Source: Bacteroidota bacterium
GTDB taxonomy: Bacteria; Bacteroidota; Bacteroidia; UKL13-3
Assembly (NCBI GenBank): GCA_947485745.1
Contig: CANKQY010000006.1
Location: forward strand, 1-57,510
DNA: 57,510 bases
Reading direction: 5' to 3'
Shown: one piece after another, positions 10,318 through 20,401 of the stretch
How positions within the stretch are numbered: position 1 is the first letter of the stretch
Layout: each line of letters begins with the position of its first letter
Translations under genes and position numbers: made by a program
Notes under the pieces: generated by a model
Seen by the model: only the letters and a program-made list of their open reading frames with translations
Databases searched by the model: none
What the model was told of the DNA's origin: nothing

Positions 10318-12521
10318 ACTGGAAAGATTACTTTTTTAAAAGCCCGTATTGGAAATTCATCAAATGGATTTGGGTAGGAGCCTTTGCGGGCCTATTCCTG
10401 CTAGCCTCATTGGTTACTGTAATTGCCATGGGTTGGTTTGGACAATTGCCACCAATTGAAGAATTAGAAAATCCTACCACTCAGCTTGCAAGTGAAATTT
10501 ATGCCGATGATGGCAGCATTTTAGGTAAGTACTATTTACAAAATAGAAGTAATGTAAACTATGAAGAGTTAAGTCCTCAACTTATTAATGCCCTTATTGC
10601 TACAGAAGACATTCGATTTTACGAACACAGTGGGATTGATAACAGTAGGCTTTTTACCATGATTTTGTATAATTTAATTGGAAAGCAACAAGGAGGCAGT
10701 ACCATTTCGCAACAGCTTGCAAAAAACTTATATCCTAGAAAACGTTTTAGAAGTATCGTAGACAAAGCAGTTACTAAAATTCAAGAATGGGTCACAGCCG
10801 TTTTAATTGAGCAACGCTATACCAAAGATGAAATACTCACCATGTATTTGAATACGGTTGAATTTGGGAGCAATTCATTTGGTATTGGAAGTGCTTCTAA
10901 AACTTTTTTCGGCAAAACACCTCAAGCACTCAATGCACAAGAATCTGCCTTATTGGTTGGCATGCTTAAAGCGCCAACATTATATAGCCCAATAAGAAAT
11001 CCTGCAAATGCTTTAAGAAGAAGAAATACCGTTTTGAACCAAATGGGAAAAGCAAATTTCATCAGCAGTGATTCTTGCACCATTATGAAATCGCAGCCTA
11101 TTGAACTCACTTTCCAAGAAGAAAGTCATAATGAAGGTTTGGCCACCTATTTTAGAGAGACCCTTCGAATTGAATTAATGGATTGGTGCGAAGAAAATGG
11201 TTACAACCTTTATAAAGATGGATTAAAAATTTATACAACCATCAACCCTACTATGCAGTTAATAGCAGAACAAACTGTGGAGGCTCAATTAAAAGAACAG
11301 CAAAAGAAATTCCTCGCACATTGGAAAGGAAGAGCCCCGTGGGGTGAATTCAAGGAGGTATTGGTTAGTGGCATGAAACGCAGTGATAGATACCGTATTG
11401 CAAAGGAGCTTAAAAAATCGGATGCTGAGATTCAACGTGAATTTAATACCCTAGTTAAAATGAGGGTATTCTCCTATACCAGAGGTGAAATTGATACCGT
11501 AATGACTCCAATGGACAGCATAAAATATTACAAATACTTTATGCAATGTGGCTTTATGAGTATGGATCCTCAAACAGGCAAAATTAAAGCTTGGGTTGGG
11601 GGTCAAAACTACAATTATTTTAAATACGACCATGTAAATTCATCGGCTAAAAGACAAGTAGGTTCAACCTTTAAGCCATTTGTTTATACTGTTGCAGTAG
11701 ACAATGGGTTTTCTCCATGCATGATGATTCCAGATAAACCTGTTAGTTTTGCAGGGTATCCAGATTATAACCCGGGCAATGCAGATACCAAGTATGATTT
11801 ACCTGAAATGACCATGTACAGAGGCTTGCAATTATCTATTAACTTGATTTGTTTAAATGTTTTGAAAATGCTTGGCGACGATGGTATTAAGAACGTAATT
11901 GAAATGGCGCACAAAATGGGCGTAACAAGCAAAATTGAACCCTACCCTTCCTCTGCATTGGGTACGGCGGATATTTCGGTTTATGAAATGGTAGGTGCCT
12001 TCTCAACATTTGCTAACAAAGGCGTTTGGATCAAACCGAATTACCTGAGCAGAATTGTAGATAAAAATGGCAATGTAATTTTTGAAAACCTGCCAATTAC
12101 ACAAGAAGCTTTAAGCGAACAAACAGCTTACGTGATGTGCAAAATGCTTGAGAAAGTTACCACCAATGGAACGGCTGCAAAAATTAAATATCAATATAAA
12201 ATTCCAGGTGCAGTGGGTGGCAAAACAGGTACTACCCAAAACTACAGTGATGGTTGGTTTATTGGTATTACACCTACTTTGGTTTCTGGTTGTTGGGTTG
12301 GATGGGAAGATAGAGCCATTCACTTTAGAACCATGGAACTTGGCTCGGGCTCTGCAATGGCTATGCCTATTTGGGCAAACTATATGCAAAAGGTTACCTC
12401 AACCCCAAATTTAATTCAAATAATCAATGAATGGACACCTCCTCAAAGTCCAATAAGTATAGAAATGGATTGTGCGAAATTTTCGAATGGGCAGGTTGAA
12501 AAGGAAGACTTTGTTGAGTAG
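10314..12521 (+). CDS. Class A penicillin-binding protein (PBP1A-like)
   Basis: Transglycosylase EDIRFYEHSG and GGSTISQQLAKN; transpeptidase GSTFK, SIN, KTGT. Confidence 0.96.
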   Translation: MNWKDYFFKSPYWKFIKWIWVGAFAGLFLLASLVTVIAMGWFGQLPPIEELENPTTQLASEIYADDGSILGKYYLQNRSNVNYEELSPQLINALIATEDIRFYEHSGIDNSRLFTMILYNLIGKQQGGSTISQQLAKNLYPRKRFRSIVDKAVTKIQEWVTAVLIEQRYTKDEILTMYLNTVEFGSNSFGIGSASKTFFGKTPQALNAQESALLVGMLKAPTLYSPIRNPANALRRRNTVLNQMGKANFISSDSCTIMKSQPIELTFQEESHNEGLATYFRETLRIELMDWCEENGYNLYKDGLKIYTTINPTMQLIAEQTVEAQLKEQQKKFLAHWKGRAPWGEFKEVLVSGMKRSDRYRIAKELKKSDAEIQREFNTLVKMRVFSYTRGEIDTVMTPMDSIKYYKYFMQCGFMSMDPQTGKIKAWVGGQNYNYFKYDHVNSSAKRQVGSTFKPFVYTVAVDNGFSPCMMIPDKPVSFAGYPDYNPGNADTKYDLPEMTMYRGLQLSINLICLNVLKMLGDDGIKNVIEMAHKMGVTSKIEPYPSSALGTADISVYEMVGAFSTFANKGVWIKPNYLSRIVDKNGNVIFENLPITQEALSEQTAYVMCKMLEKVTTNGTAAKIKYQYKIPGAVGGKTGTTQNYSDGWFIGITPTLVSGCWVGWEDRAIHFRTMELGSGSAMAMPIWANYMQKVTSTPNLIQIINEWTPPQSPISIEMDCAKFSNGQVEKEDFVE

Positions 12522-12649
12522 ATTAAATTGGTTATTGAATATTAGACTTCCGTCTAAATTTTAAGATAATTTTATTGGAAATCAGCTAAATAAATATTAT
12601 CTTGCTTTATATTTTAGTTTAATTTCTACATGTTTATTTTATAAAACTC

Positions 12650-14518
12650 ATGAAAAAACTCTTGTCACTCAAATTTTTATTATTTCTTTTAGCACTTATT
12701 TGGTTCAGCAACAGCGGTGCTCAAAATCCTTGCAATGCCACTTGGACAAAACAAAAAGATCCAAATTCTGCCTTAAAATATTATTTCATGGCTAACTTAA
12801 ACGACACCAATTATAGATACATATGGACTTTTGGTGATGGAACGGGATCAGATGCTAGGGTTACCTTTCACACCTTTCCGCATACTGGTGCTTATATTGT
12901 TTGTTTAAAGGTGACCAAAAAAGATACAACTTGCACCCAAACCTTCTGCGATACGATTGTTTTTGGCTCGAACATAACTTGTAATGCAGCTTGGACAAAA
13001 CAAAAAGATCCTGCAATTACCTTGAAATATTATTTCTCGGCAACGCTAAACGATACCAATTATAGATACTTATGGACCTTTGGAGATGGAACAGGATCAG
13101 ATGCTAGGTTAACTTTCCGTAACTATGCACATACAGGTAAATATTATGTTTGTTTAAAGGTAATGAAGAAAGATTCTAGTTGCCAGCAAACAAAATGTGA
13201 TAGCATCAAGGTAGGTACAATTTGCACCGCATCTTTCACTAGAATTGCCAGCAATACTTTGGCTCGAACCTACAGTTTTGAAGCCAATACCAGTGATACT
13301 AATTATATTTACAAATATACATTTGGTGATGGGTCTGCAGCTACTTATGGTAGGTTCAAAACACATACTTATGCAAATAATGGCACTTATACTGTTTGCC
13401 TAACTGTAACAAGAAAGGATTCTAGTTGTGCAGAAACGCAATGCCAAACCATCAAAATTGATACACATTCTCCCTGCAATGCAAATTTTAATATTATTAA
13501 AAGTGATAGTATTGGATCAAATCCTCATTATGTAAGATTTGCAGACGTATCTCCAGGCACTCATACTAGATGTGTTTATAACTTTGGAGATGGAACTTCT
13601 TCCGACAATTGTAATCCAATTCATTACTTTGCTTCTTTGGATTCAAAAACTATTTGTTTAACCATATACAATATTAACAGCAACAAAGACACACTTTGTA
13701 AAAGCACCACTTGCAAAACCTTTAATACAGGCAATAATAAATCAATTACTTGCGTAGCTGTTTTTGATTATGAGCGCATTGGTACCAGTAGTAATTACCG
13801 TTTTATCAATCATTCACTTGGTAGTCCTTTACAATACCGTTGGGTATTTGATGGCGGAGCACCCGTTACTACCACTAATGCGGAGCATAATTTTGTAACA
13901 CCCGGCTTGCACCTTGCCTGCCTTTATGTTGTAAATACATTAGATACCAATTGCAGCAGTTCATTTTGTGTAAATATTTTATTTCCTGGAAATGTAACCC
14001 AACAACAATGTAATGCTGATTATTCATATACACCAGATGCCACAAACCCGGGCAATTTTGAATTCACTAGCTTTTCAGGTTCAGGTGTTATCAATAATTG
14101 GAATTTCGGAGATGGCTCATATAGCAACGATGAAAGTGGGCAACATACTTATTTGCAAAATGGCACCTATAGTGTTTGTTTAAGTGTATTAAATAGCATT
14201 GATTCTTGTTCGGATATGCATTGCGATTCTATTGTGGTGAGTAATGCAACTGGTGTAAAAACAAACCAGATATCCATTGGTTCAATTTATCCTATTCCAG
14301 TGGAACAGGTTTTACAAATAGATCTTCAAAGTAAAATTTCTCAGCCTGCTTGCTTGCGGTTAATAGATGTAACTGGTAAAATTATTTTTGAAGAAAACAC
14401 TCAACTACAAAAAGGTATTAACCCGTTAAAACTCGACATGGTGCAATATCCTCAAGGAATTTACTTATTGCAAATACAAAGTGGCAACGAGCAAATTGTT
14501 CGAAAGATTGTTAAATAA
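12650..14518 (+). CDS. Secreted protein with six Cys-rich PKD domains and a T9SS type A C-terminal domain
   Basis: Signal peptide; repeated W.FGDG....H.Y...G.Y.VCL; C-terminal IYPIP...D.TGK...GIYLLQI...RKIVK. Confidence 0.9.
   Translation: MKKLLSLKFLLFLLALIWFSNSGAQNPCNATWTKQKDPNSALKYYFMANLNDTNYRYIWTFGDGTGSDARVTFHTFPHTGAYIVCLKVTKKDTTCTQTFCDTIVFGSNITCNAAWTKQKDPAITLKYYFSATLNDTNYRYLWTFGDGTGSDARLTFRNYAHTGKYYVCLKVMKKDSSCQQTKCDSIKVGTICTASFTRIASNTLARTYSFEANTSDTNYIYKYTFGDGSAATYGRFKTHTYANNGTYTVCLTVTRKDSSCAETQCQTIKIDTHSPCNANFNIIKSDSIGSNPHYVRFADVSPGTHTRCVYNFGDGTSSDNCNPIHYFASLDSKTICLTIYNINSNKDTLCKSTTCKTFNTGNNKSITCVAVFDYERIGTSSNYRFINHSLGSPLQYRWVFDGGAPVTTTNAEHNFVTPGLHLACLYVVNTLDTNCSSSFCVNILFPGNVTQQQCNADYSYTPDATNPGNFEFTSFSGSGVINNWNFGDGSYSNDESGQHTYLQNGTYSVCLSVLNSIDSCSDMHCDSIVVSNATGVKTNQISIGSIYPIPVEQVLQIDLQSKISQPACLRLIDVTGKIIFEENTQLQKGINPLKLDMVQYPQGIYLLQIQSGNEQIVRKIVK
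12731..13200 (+). repeat. Intragenic tandem duplication of PKD domains 1 and 2 (249-bp period)
   Basis: TG(C/T)AATGC..CTTGGACAAAACAAAAAGATCC begins at 12731 and 12980, and further identical blocks follow. Confidence 0.85.
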
Positions 14519-14535
14519 CTAAGATATAATATTTT

Positions 14536-14567
14536 AAAAACTGAGTCAAAATGACTCAGTTTTTTTT
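14536..14567 (+). terminator. Intrinsic terminator after the PKD gene
   Basis: AAAAACTGAGTCA-aaa-TGACTCAGTTTTT followed by further Ts. Confidence 0.85.
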
Positions 14568-14656
14568 GTTTAATTTTAAAGTAAAACGTTATTTTTTTAT
14601 GTTTTTACCATTTTTTCTAAATTTGATTATATTGCCCTACAAATTAGTTTAAATCT

Positions 14657-16249
14657 ATGTCAAGTTTCTTTTATACCAAATCATTACAAGATCTTTTAAA
14701 GCACCACGATGGGTCGCAATTAAAACGCACACTTACCGCGGCCAATTTGGTTGCCTTAGGAGTGGGAGCAATTATAGGTGCAGGCCTTTTTGTTAGAACC
14801 GCGGCAGCCTCAGCAGAAGCAGCAGGTGCAGCGGTTACTATGAGTTTTATAGTAGCGGCAGTTGGCTGTGCATTTGCTGGTATTTGTTATGCAGAATTTG
14901 CGGCAATGATTCCAATTGCAGGAAGTGCCTATGCATACTCTTACGTTACAATGGGAGAGTTAATGGCATGGATTATTGGCTGGGCTTTAATTATGGAATA
15001 TGCCTTAGGAGCGGCAACGGTAGCAATTGCTTGGAGCGAATATTTAAATAACCTGCTTGGAGGGGTCATACCTTATGAATGGTGCCACTCACCCTTTGAA
15101 ACCTTAAAGAAAGTAGTTGACCAAAGTAGCATAGACCAATTAATTGCAAGCAATGCAGATTTAACGCATCATTTAAAGAATGGCGAATTATTTATAACAG
15201 AGGAAGTTTATGAAAATTTAGGCAGTGCCCAACAAGGTTTGGTTCAAGTGACTCATGGATTTATCAATGCACCAGCATTAATAATTTTATTGGCACTTAC
15301 TTTATTGCTCATTAAAGGAACCCAAGAATCGGCTATGGTTAATACCATTATTGTATTTATAAAAGTTGCCATCGTTTTGCTTTTTATTGTTTTAGGATGG
15401 CAGTTTATTAAACCAGAAAACCACACACCATTTATGATACCAGAAGGAACATTGGGGCATGAAGGATTCTTTAAACATGGCTGGGGCGGTGTATTAGGTG
15501 GAGCTGCAATTGTGTTCTTTGCTTTCATTGGATTTGATGCAGTAAGTACCGCTGCCCAGGAGGCAAAAAATCCTAAACGCGATATGCCAATTGGAATCTT
15601 GGGATCATTGGTTATTTGTACCATACTTTATATTTTATTCGGACACGTTTTAACAGGTGTTGCAAATTGGCAAGAATTTAAAACAGCTGGAAAAGAGGCC
15701 TCAGTAATTTATGCTATTCAAACTTACATGAAAGGCTATGAATGGCTTGGAACTAGTGTTACTGTTGCTATTTTGGCAGGTTTTTCTTCGGTAATTTTGG
15801 TGATGTTGATGGGGCAAAGTAGGGTATTTTTTAGTATGAGTAAAGATGGTTTACTACCAAAAGCTTTCAGCGAATTACATCCAAAATTCAAAACTCCTTA
15901 TAAAGCAAATTGGATATTATTAATATTTGTAGGTGCATTTGCTGCATTTATTCCAGGCTCCGTTGCAGGTGATTTAACCAGCTTTGGAACGCTGTTTGCA
16001 TTTGTTCTGGTTTGCCTTGGTATTATTATTATGCGTAAGAAGGAACCTACTATGGAACGTCCATTCAAAACGCCATTAGTTCCGTTGGTTCCTATTCTTG
16101 GGATGGTAATTTGTTTGGCAATGATCATTAGTTTGCCATTGCCTACCTTATTAAGTGCTGGAATTTGGTTGGTTTTAGGCTTGCTAATATACTTTGGCTA
16201 TTCTGCAAATCATGCCCGCAAAATGCGTGAGAACTTAACCAAGTATTAA
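14657..16249 (+). CDS. APC-family amino acid permease
   Basis: GVGAIIGAG, YAEFA.MIP.AGSAY.Y, FFAFIGFDAVST.AQEAKNP. Confidence 0.95.
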   Translation: MSSFFYTKSLQDLLKHHDGSQLKRTLTAANLVALGVGAIIGAGLFVRTAAASAEAAGAAVTMSFIVAAVGCAFAGICYAEFAAMIPIAGSAYAYSYVTMGELMAWIIGWALIMEYALGAATVAIAWSEYLNNLLGGVIPYEWCHSPFETLKKVVDQSSIDQLIASNADLTHHLKNGELFITEEVYENLGSAQQGLVQVTHGFINAPALIILLALTLLLIKGTQESAMVNTIIVFIKVAIVLLFIVLGWQFIKPENHTPFMIPEGTLGHEGFFKHGWGGVLGGAAIVFFAFIGFDAVSTAAQEAKNPKRDMPIGILGSLVICTILYILFGHVLTGVANWQEFKTAGKEASVIYAIQTYMKGYEWLGTSVTVAILAGFSSVILVMLMGQSRVFFSMSKDGLLPKAFSELHPKFKTPYKANWILLIFVGAFAAFIPGSVAGDLTSFGTLFAFVLVCLGIIIMRKKEPTMERPFKTPLVPLVPILGMVICLAMIISLPLPTLLSAGIWLVLGLLIYFGYSANHARKMRENLTKY

Positions 16250-16289
16250 CTACAAGGAGAAATCAATACCTACAAAAGGTTTTTATGCA

Positions 16290-17207
16290 TTAAGGTTGAA
16301 GCAAAAATCTGAGTGGAATGGCTGCTCTTTTGCGCCAGGCTATTTCATTATGAGGTTCACCAGGAAAACTTAAACTCATAAAATCTTTGGGGGGTTCATA
16401 ACCACTTTCTCTGCATAAACTATCCATGTATAATTGGTAGGGTTCATACCAAGCATCTAAGGTGCTTGTTCCATGATCAAAGTACAATTTATGCTGTTTA
16501 GGATTTGGCAAATGTCGAGCAAAATAATTTATGTACGACTGAGCTATGCTTGCATTATTTTCTTTTAAACTAACAGGCCAATGGGTGGAAATACATGCAA
16601 CACCTTTTAATTGATCAGAACGTTTGCATAAGGCATACAAAGAAATTAATCCTCCCATGCTTGATCCCATCATAAAGGTGTTTTTCATTTCTGGCTTGGT
16701 GGGGAATGTACTATCTATTATGGGTTTGAGCTCATCAAAAATAAATGACAAATAAATATTTGCCAAAGTACTACCCCCTCTCTCTCTTGCTAGTTTACTT
16801 TTATTTAAACTATCTAACTTTTTAAATGCATCTTCAGGATTGTATTCTAGGAATCTTTTTGGCGAGTTCCATATACCCACCACAATGGTTCGTTTGATAA
16901 TGTTATTCCTCATCAAACTATCCATTATTTCATCAATACCCCATTCCATGCCGCCAAATGAATTACCGGGTAAAAATAAGTTTTGACCATCATGCATGTA
17001 GAGCACCGCATACCGGGTTTTTCCAGATGAATCAAAATCATGAGGAACCCAAACATCCACATTTCTTGGATCAAGCCATTGGCCCTTTACCTTCTCAAAA
17101 CGAAACAACCTTCCCTTTAGGTTTATATCCATTATTTCCTTTTGAGCACTTAGGTTTAAACACAACAAAAGGCAAATTGGCAAAAACAACATCCTAGTCT
17201 TAATCAT
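16290..17207 (-). CDS. Exported alpha/beta hydrolase (putative esterase); start moved from 17252 to 17207
   Basis: VLYMHDGQNLF, nucleophile GSSMGG, H in HNEIAW; signal peptide follows MIKTR; a TATTTTTG promoter box at 17242-17249 lies inside the longer ORF. Confidence 0.88.
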   Translation of the reverse strand: MIKTRMLFLPICLLLCLNLSAQKEIMDINLKGRLFRFEKVKGQWLDPRNVDVWVPHDFDSSGKTRYAVLYMHDGQNLFLPGNSFGGMEWGIDEIMDSLMRNNIIKRTIVVGIWNSPKRFLEYNPEDAFKKLDSLNKSKLARERGGSTLANIYLSFIFDELKPIIDSTFPTKPEMKNTFMMGSSMGGLISLYALCKRSDQLKGVACISTHWPVSLKENNASIAQSYINYFARHLPNPKQHKLYFDHGTSTLDAWYEPYQLYMDSLCRESGYEPPKDFMSLSFPGEPHNEIAWRKRAAIPLRFLLQP

Positions 17208-17255
17208 TCTCACAATCAAAAATTTGTTTCTATTATTTAAACAAAAATACAATTA

Positions 17256-17984
17256 TTAATTTAACACCTCATGTAAAACCGCAGGTGATTTTAGTTCACT
17301 AAATAGCATCAAGTGTAATTGGTAATACCGAATCATTTTATTCAACAATTCTCTGCGCAAATTGGCAGGTAATTCTACCAATTGAATCTCTTCAAAATTC
17401 ATGTCAATAAACTGAGCCAAAACCCCTGCCAATGGCTCTCTGCAATAATCACTCGCATTTGGCGCATCTGCAACAAATAGGCCTTCTTGCAAACTAAACA
17501 CGGGTGTGTCCAAACCATAATTAGCTTTAGGAAAAAAGCCCAAATATTTGCTTAATTGTACCATAAAATACACGGGGAAATTGCGCAAAGACCCTTGCGT
17601 TAAATCGGCTATTTGAACCGAATGAAATAAGAACCCAAACATTTGTGCATCAATTTGATCTTCTTCTCTTAAACTTTTGGTAAGCAATTCGGCCATAAAT
17701 AATGCTAAGGTACTTTTATGCAGTTCGAAATGAAGATGATTTAAAACAGGGATGCATCTCAATTCTTTAATTCGTTGCAAATTTTTATTCTGCTGGTGAT
17801 AAACCTCTAATTCTAGTAATGACAGTGGCAACAAATGAGATGGTTTAATTGCACCCTTTTTCCCCTTAACGCCATTGATTAAATAGCTTTGCATGCCAAA
17901 TAAATCGGTATAGCATTTTAGCACTACACTGTTCTCTGAATAATTGATTGTATTAAGCACAATGCCGCGGCATTTCTGAAGCAT
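17256..17984 (-). CDS. recO: DNA repair protein RecO
   Basis: GIVL..INYSE.S..L..YT...G N-terminal OB fold; L..YLGFFP; ELKS..VL.EV. Confidence 0.92.
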   Translation of the reverse strand: MLQKCRGIVLNTINYSENSVVLKCYTDLFGMQSYLINGVKGKKGAIKPSHLLPLSLLELEVYHQQNKNLQRIKELRCIPVLNHLHFELHKSTLALFMAELLTKSLREEDQIDAQMFGFLFHSVQIADLTQGSLRNFPVYFMVQLSKYLGFFPKANYGLDTPVFSLQEGLFVADAPNASDYCREPLAGVLAQFIDMNFEEIQLVELPANLRRELLNKMIRYYQLHLMLFSELKSPAVLHEVLN

Positions 17985-17995
17985 AGTATTAAAAT

Positions 17996-18268
17996 TTACC
18001 TTGAGTTATGCGCCAACAAGCCTTCTTTGGTTGCCAAATAGGAAAATGCACGCATGTTATCTGTATCATAAATAAAGCTGCGCCTATAATCACCAAATTC
18101 CTCCTCCCATTTCATCACAGAAACCATTTTTTTATGGATCAAAGTTTTAAGTGCATCTGCAACCACATTAGGGGGATAAGATACTTCCTCTAAAATTTTA
18201 TCGAATGGTTCAACAAAATACAGGCAGTTTAAAATATCAAACTCCAAATCATCTATTTCTGGTATCAT
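17996..18268 (-). CDS. Small hypothetical protein, possibly winged-helix; likely start at 18268
   Basis: ATGA overlap with the glycosyltransferase stop; EFDIL..LYF...F..I..E......V...LK.L..K..V and YLATKEG resemble a wHTH. Confidence 0.65.
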   Translation of the reverse strand: MIPEIDDLEFDILNCLYFVEPFDKILEEVSYPPNVVADALKTLIHKKMVSVMKWEEEFGDYRRSFIYDTDNMRAFSYLATKEGLLAHNSR

Positions 18269-19398
18269 TTTAATTCTCTCTCCTTCCAAGTATAAGTGTT
18301 TACATTAGCCCAAATACCAATAATAATAACATATAAAATATGAAATGGCTGAACCAATGGCATCAATAAAAGTAATTGTTTACGTTTAAAAAAGTGTAAG
18401 ATAGATCCCAATATCAATCCTTCTGCAAACATTTTTATCAAAAGTTGGGTCAAACCTACCTGCCAAAATCCTTCATAAAAAATGCTCATAATAACATTTA
18501 ATAACATGCTTAAATTAAAGAAATAAGCCCCAACCAAAATGGCAGTAATATGGCGTTCTTCATACTTTGTACTCTTTGAAACCCACCGACGCCTTTGTTG
18601 GGTTAATTGCTCCATACTTCCATTAGGTGAAGTATAAACAATTGCCCTTTCATCTTTTAAAAAATACACATCATCAGGATATTTTTTAAAAATCTTGTGC
18701 AACAAAAACTCATCATCGCCACTGGCAACATGTTCATTATTTAAATACCCCCCAACTTCATTAAAAGCATCCTTGGTAAAAATTAAATTGGCCGCACTAC
18801 ACATATTGGGATTCTTTAATTGTATAGCAGCTCCTCCAATGCCTACTAAACCGGCAAACTCCAAAGATTGAAACTTTTCAAACATGGTGGCTGCATGAAA
18901 GAAAACTGGCGCATATATCATTTTTACTGATTTCTGTTGAACAAAACTGTCCAGGCTACTTAACCATAAATTACCTCGCGTGCAATCTGCATCGGTAAGC
19001 ACTATCAAATCGAAATTGGCTATTGAAATACCCGCCGTTATTGCATTTTTTTTACCCGAAAAACCTGCCAATTCCGCGTCTATTAACCGAATATTTATGA
19101 TAGGATTGGAGGCAATTATCTCTTCTACAATTTTTGCTGTTTTATCATTTGAATGATCATTTATAACAATGATTTCAAAAAGCGAAGATGGGTAATTTTG
19201 TTGAATGATAGATCCTAAACAATTTTGGATTGAAGCTTCCTCGTTTCTCGCTGCAACTAAAATACTAAAAGCTATTTTTGGTTCAAACAAAACACTTGCT
19301 TTTTGTTTAGGGATGAGTAACCAACCCATATAATAAAAAATAATGAGGCAGGCATATCCTATTGCTAAAATATAACAAGAAATTTCCCAAATACTCAT
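18265..19398 (-). CDS. Membrane GT2 glycosyltransferase
   Basis: AARNEE, DHSND, TDAD, GDD, QRRRW motifs with N- and C-terminal TM helices. Confidence 0.93.
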   Translation of the reverse strand: MSIWEISCYILAIGYACLIIFYYMGWLLIPKQKASVLFEPKIAFSILVAARNEEASIQNCLGSIIQQNYPSSLFEIIVINDHSNDKTAKIVEEIIASNPIINIRLIDAELAGFSGKKNAITAGISIANFDLIVLTDADCTRGNLWLSSLDSFVQQKSVKMIYAPVFFHAATMFEKFQSLEFAGLVGIGGAAIQLKNPNMCSAANLIFTKDAFNEVGGYLNNEHVASGDDEFLLHKIFKKYPDDVYFLKDERAIVYTSPNGSMEQLTQQRRRWVSKSTKYEERHITAILVGAYFFNLSMLLNVIMSIFYEGFWQVGLTQLLIKMFAEGLILGSILHFFKRKQLLLLMPLVQPFHILYVIIIGIWANVNTYTWKERELK

Positions 19399-20339
19399 GA
19401 CCGAACCTTATAAATAAAATACATGCCCAATATAGCGGGAAACAACATGTTTACTATCCACAAACAATATGCAGCAAGTAAAATTCCTTCTTGGTTCATA
19501 CTATATAAACTAAAAAACATCAAAGCAGTTGCCCCGCGCAAGCCTATTTCTAATAGCAGAAATGAAGGCACTACCGACTGAACACAAAATGTGGCGATGA
19601 TACAAGCCAAAGCAGAAAAAAAATCAATATCAACTTTAAAAAACCGCAGCAACAAATAATATTGGGTTAAAAAAACAGTGTAACGCAGAAACGACAACAA
19701 TAATAATAAGCCCAATTCTTGGCGATTATAGGCACCAAAAACATTTACATATTGTTCAAACCTTACAAACCATGTAAGCTTTTTTATTTTGTTGTAAACT
19801 AAACTTAGATTTAAGTACACCAAAATCAACAGAAAAATAATTCCATAACCCAAAGGCAATAAATACCGGTAGCCCAAGAGTTGCTCACTAAAAAACGATA
19901 AAGAGAAAAGTCCAAAAAACAAGGTAATAATAACTTGAGCAGTATGACCAATTACAGCAACCAATGAACCTTTAATCTTATTTAGCACCTCCAAATGAAT
20001 CACTCTTCCTGCAAAATCTCCAATTTGATTTGGGGTAATAACACTCAGAGTAACGCCAGATAGGATGGCTTTTATGGCAGTTTTATAATCAATAGGTTCA
20101 TATTTTTGAATGAGCAATTTCCATTTCAATGCCTCTATACCCCAATTAAAAATGAGCAAAAATGAGGCTACAAGCAACCAATAAATTGACCCAATTTGCT
20201 GTTTGAGCTCAAAGCGTTGAAAAAGCGAATTGATATGATAAGCGTAAATTAATTTGTAAAAAATAAATACCGTTAGTACCAGTACTAAAACATTTTTCGC
20301 AATTTTAATTGCTTTTTGATATTGGGTTGTTTGAAACAA
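19395..20339 (-). CDS. Lysylphosphatidylglycerol-synthase-TM (flippase-like) membrane protein
   Basis: NWGIEALKW, TPNQIGDFAGR, EIGLRG, multi-TM; start codon uncertain. Confidence 0.85.
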   Translation of the reverse strand: MFQTTQYQKAIKIAKNVLVLVLTVFIFYKLIYAYHINSLFQRFELKQQIGSIYWLLVASFLLIFNWGIEALKWKLLIQKYEPIDYKTAIKAILSGVTLSVITPNQIGDFAGRVIHLEVLNKIKGSLVAVIGHTAQVIITLFFGLFSLSFFSEQLLGYRYLLPLGYGIIFLLILVYLNLSLVYNKIKKLTWFVRFEQYVNVFGAYNRQELGLLLLLSFLRYTVFLTQYYLLLRFFKVDIDFFSALACIIATFCVQSVVPSFLLLEIGLRGATALMFFSLYSMNQEGILLAAYCLWIVNMLFPAILGMYFIYKVRS

Positions 20340-20361
20340 AGGTTAGCATTAACTATGTTTG
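20330..20361 (+). promoter_or_regulatory. Sigma-A promoter for ruvC
   Basis: TTTG (20330-20333), 20-bp spacer, TATGTTTG (20354-20361). Confidence 0.7.
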
Positions 20362-20401
20362 ACAAAATAACGCATACATTCACCGTAAACCAAATGAGAT
20401 T

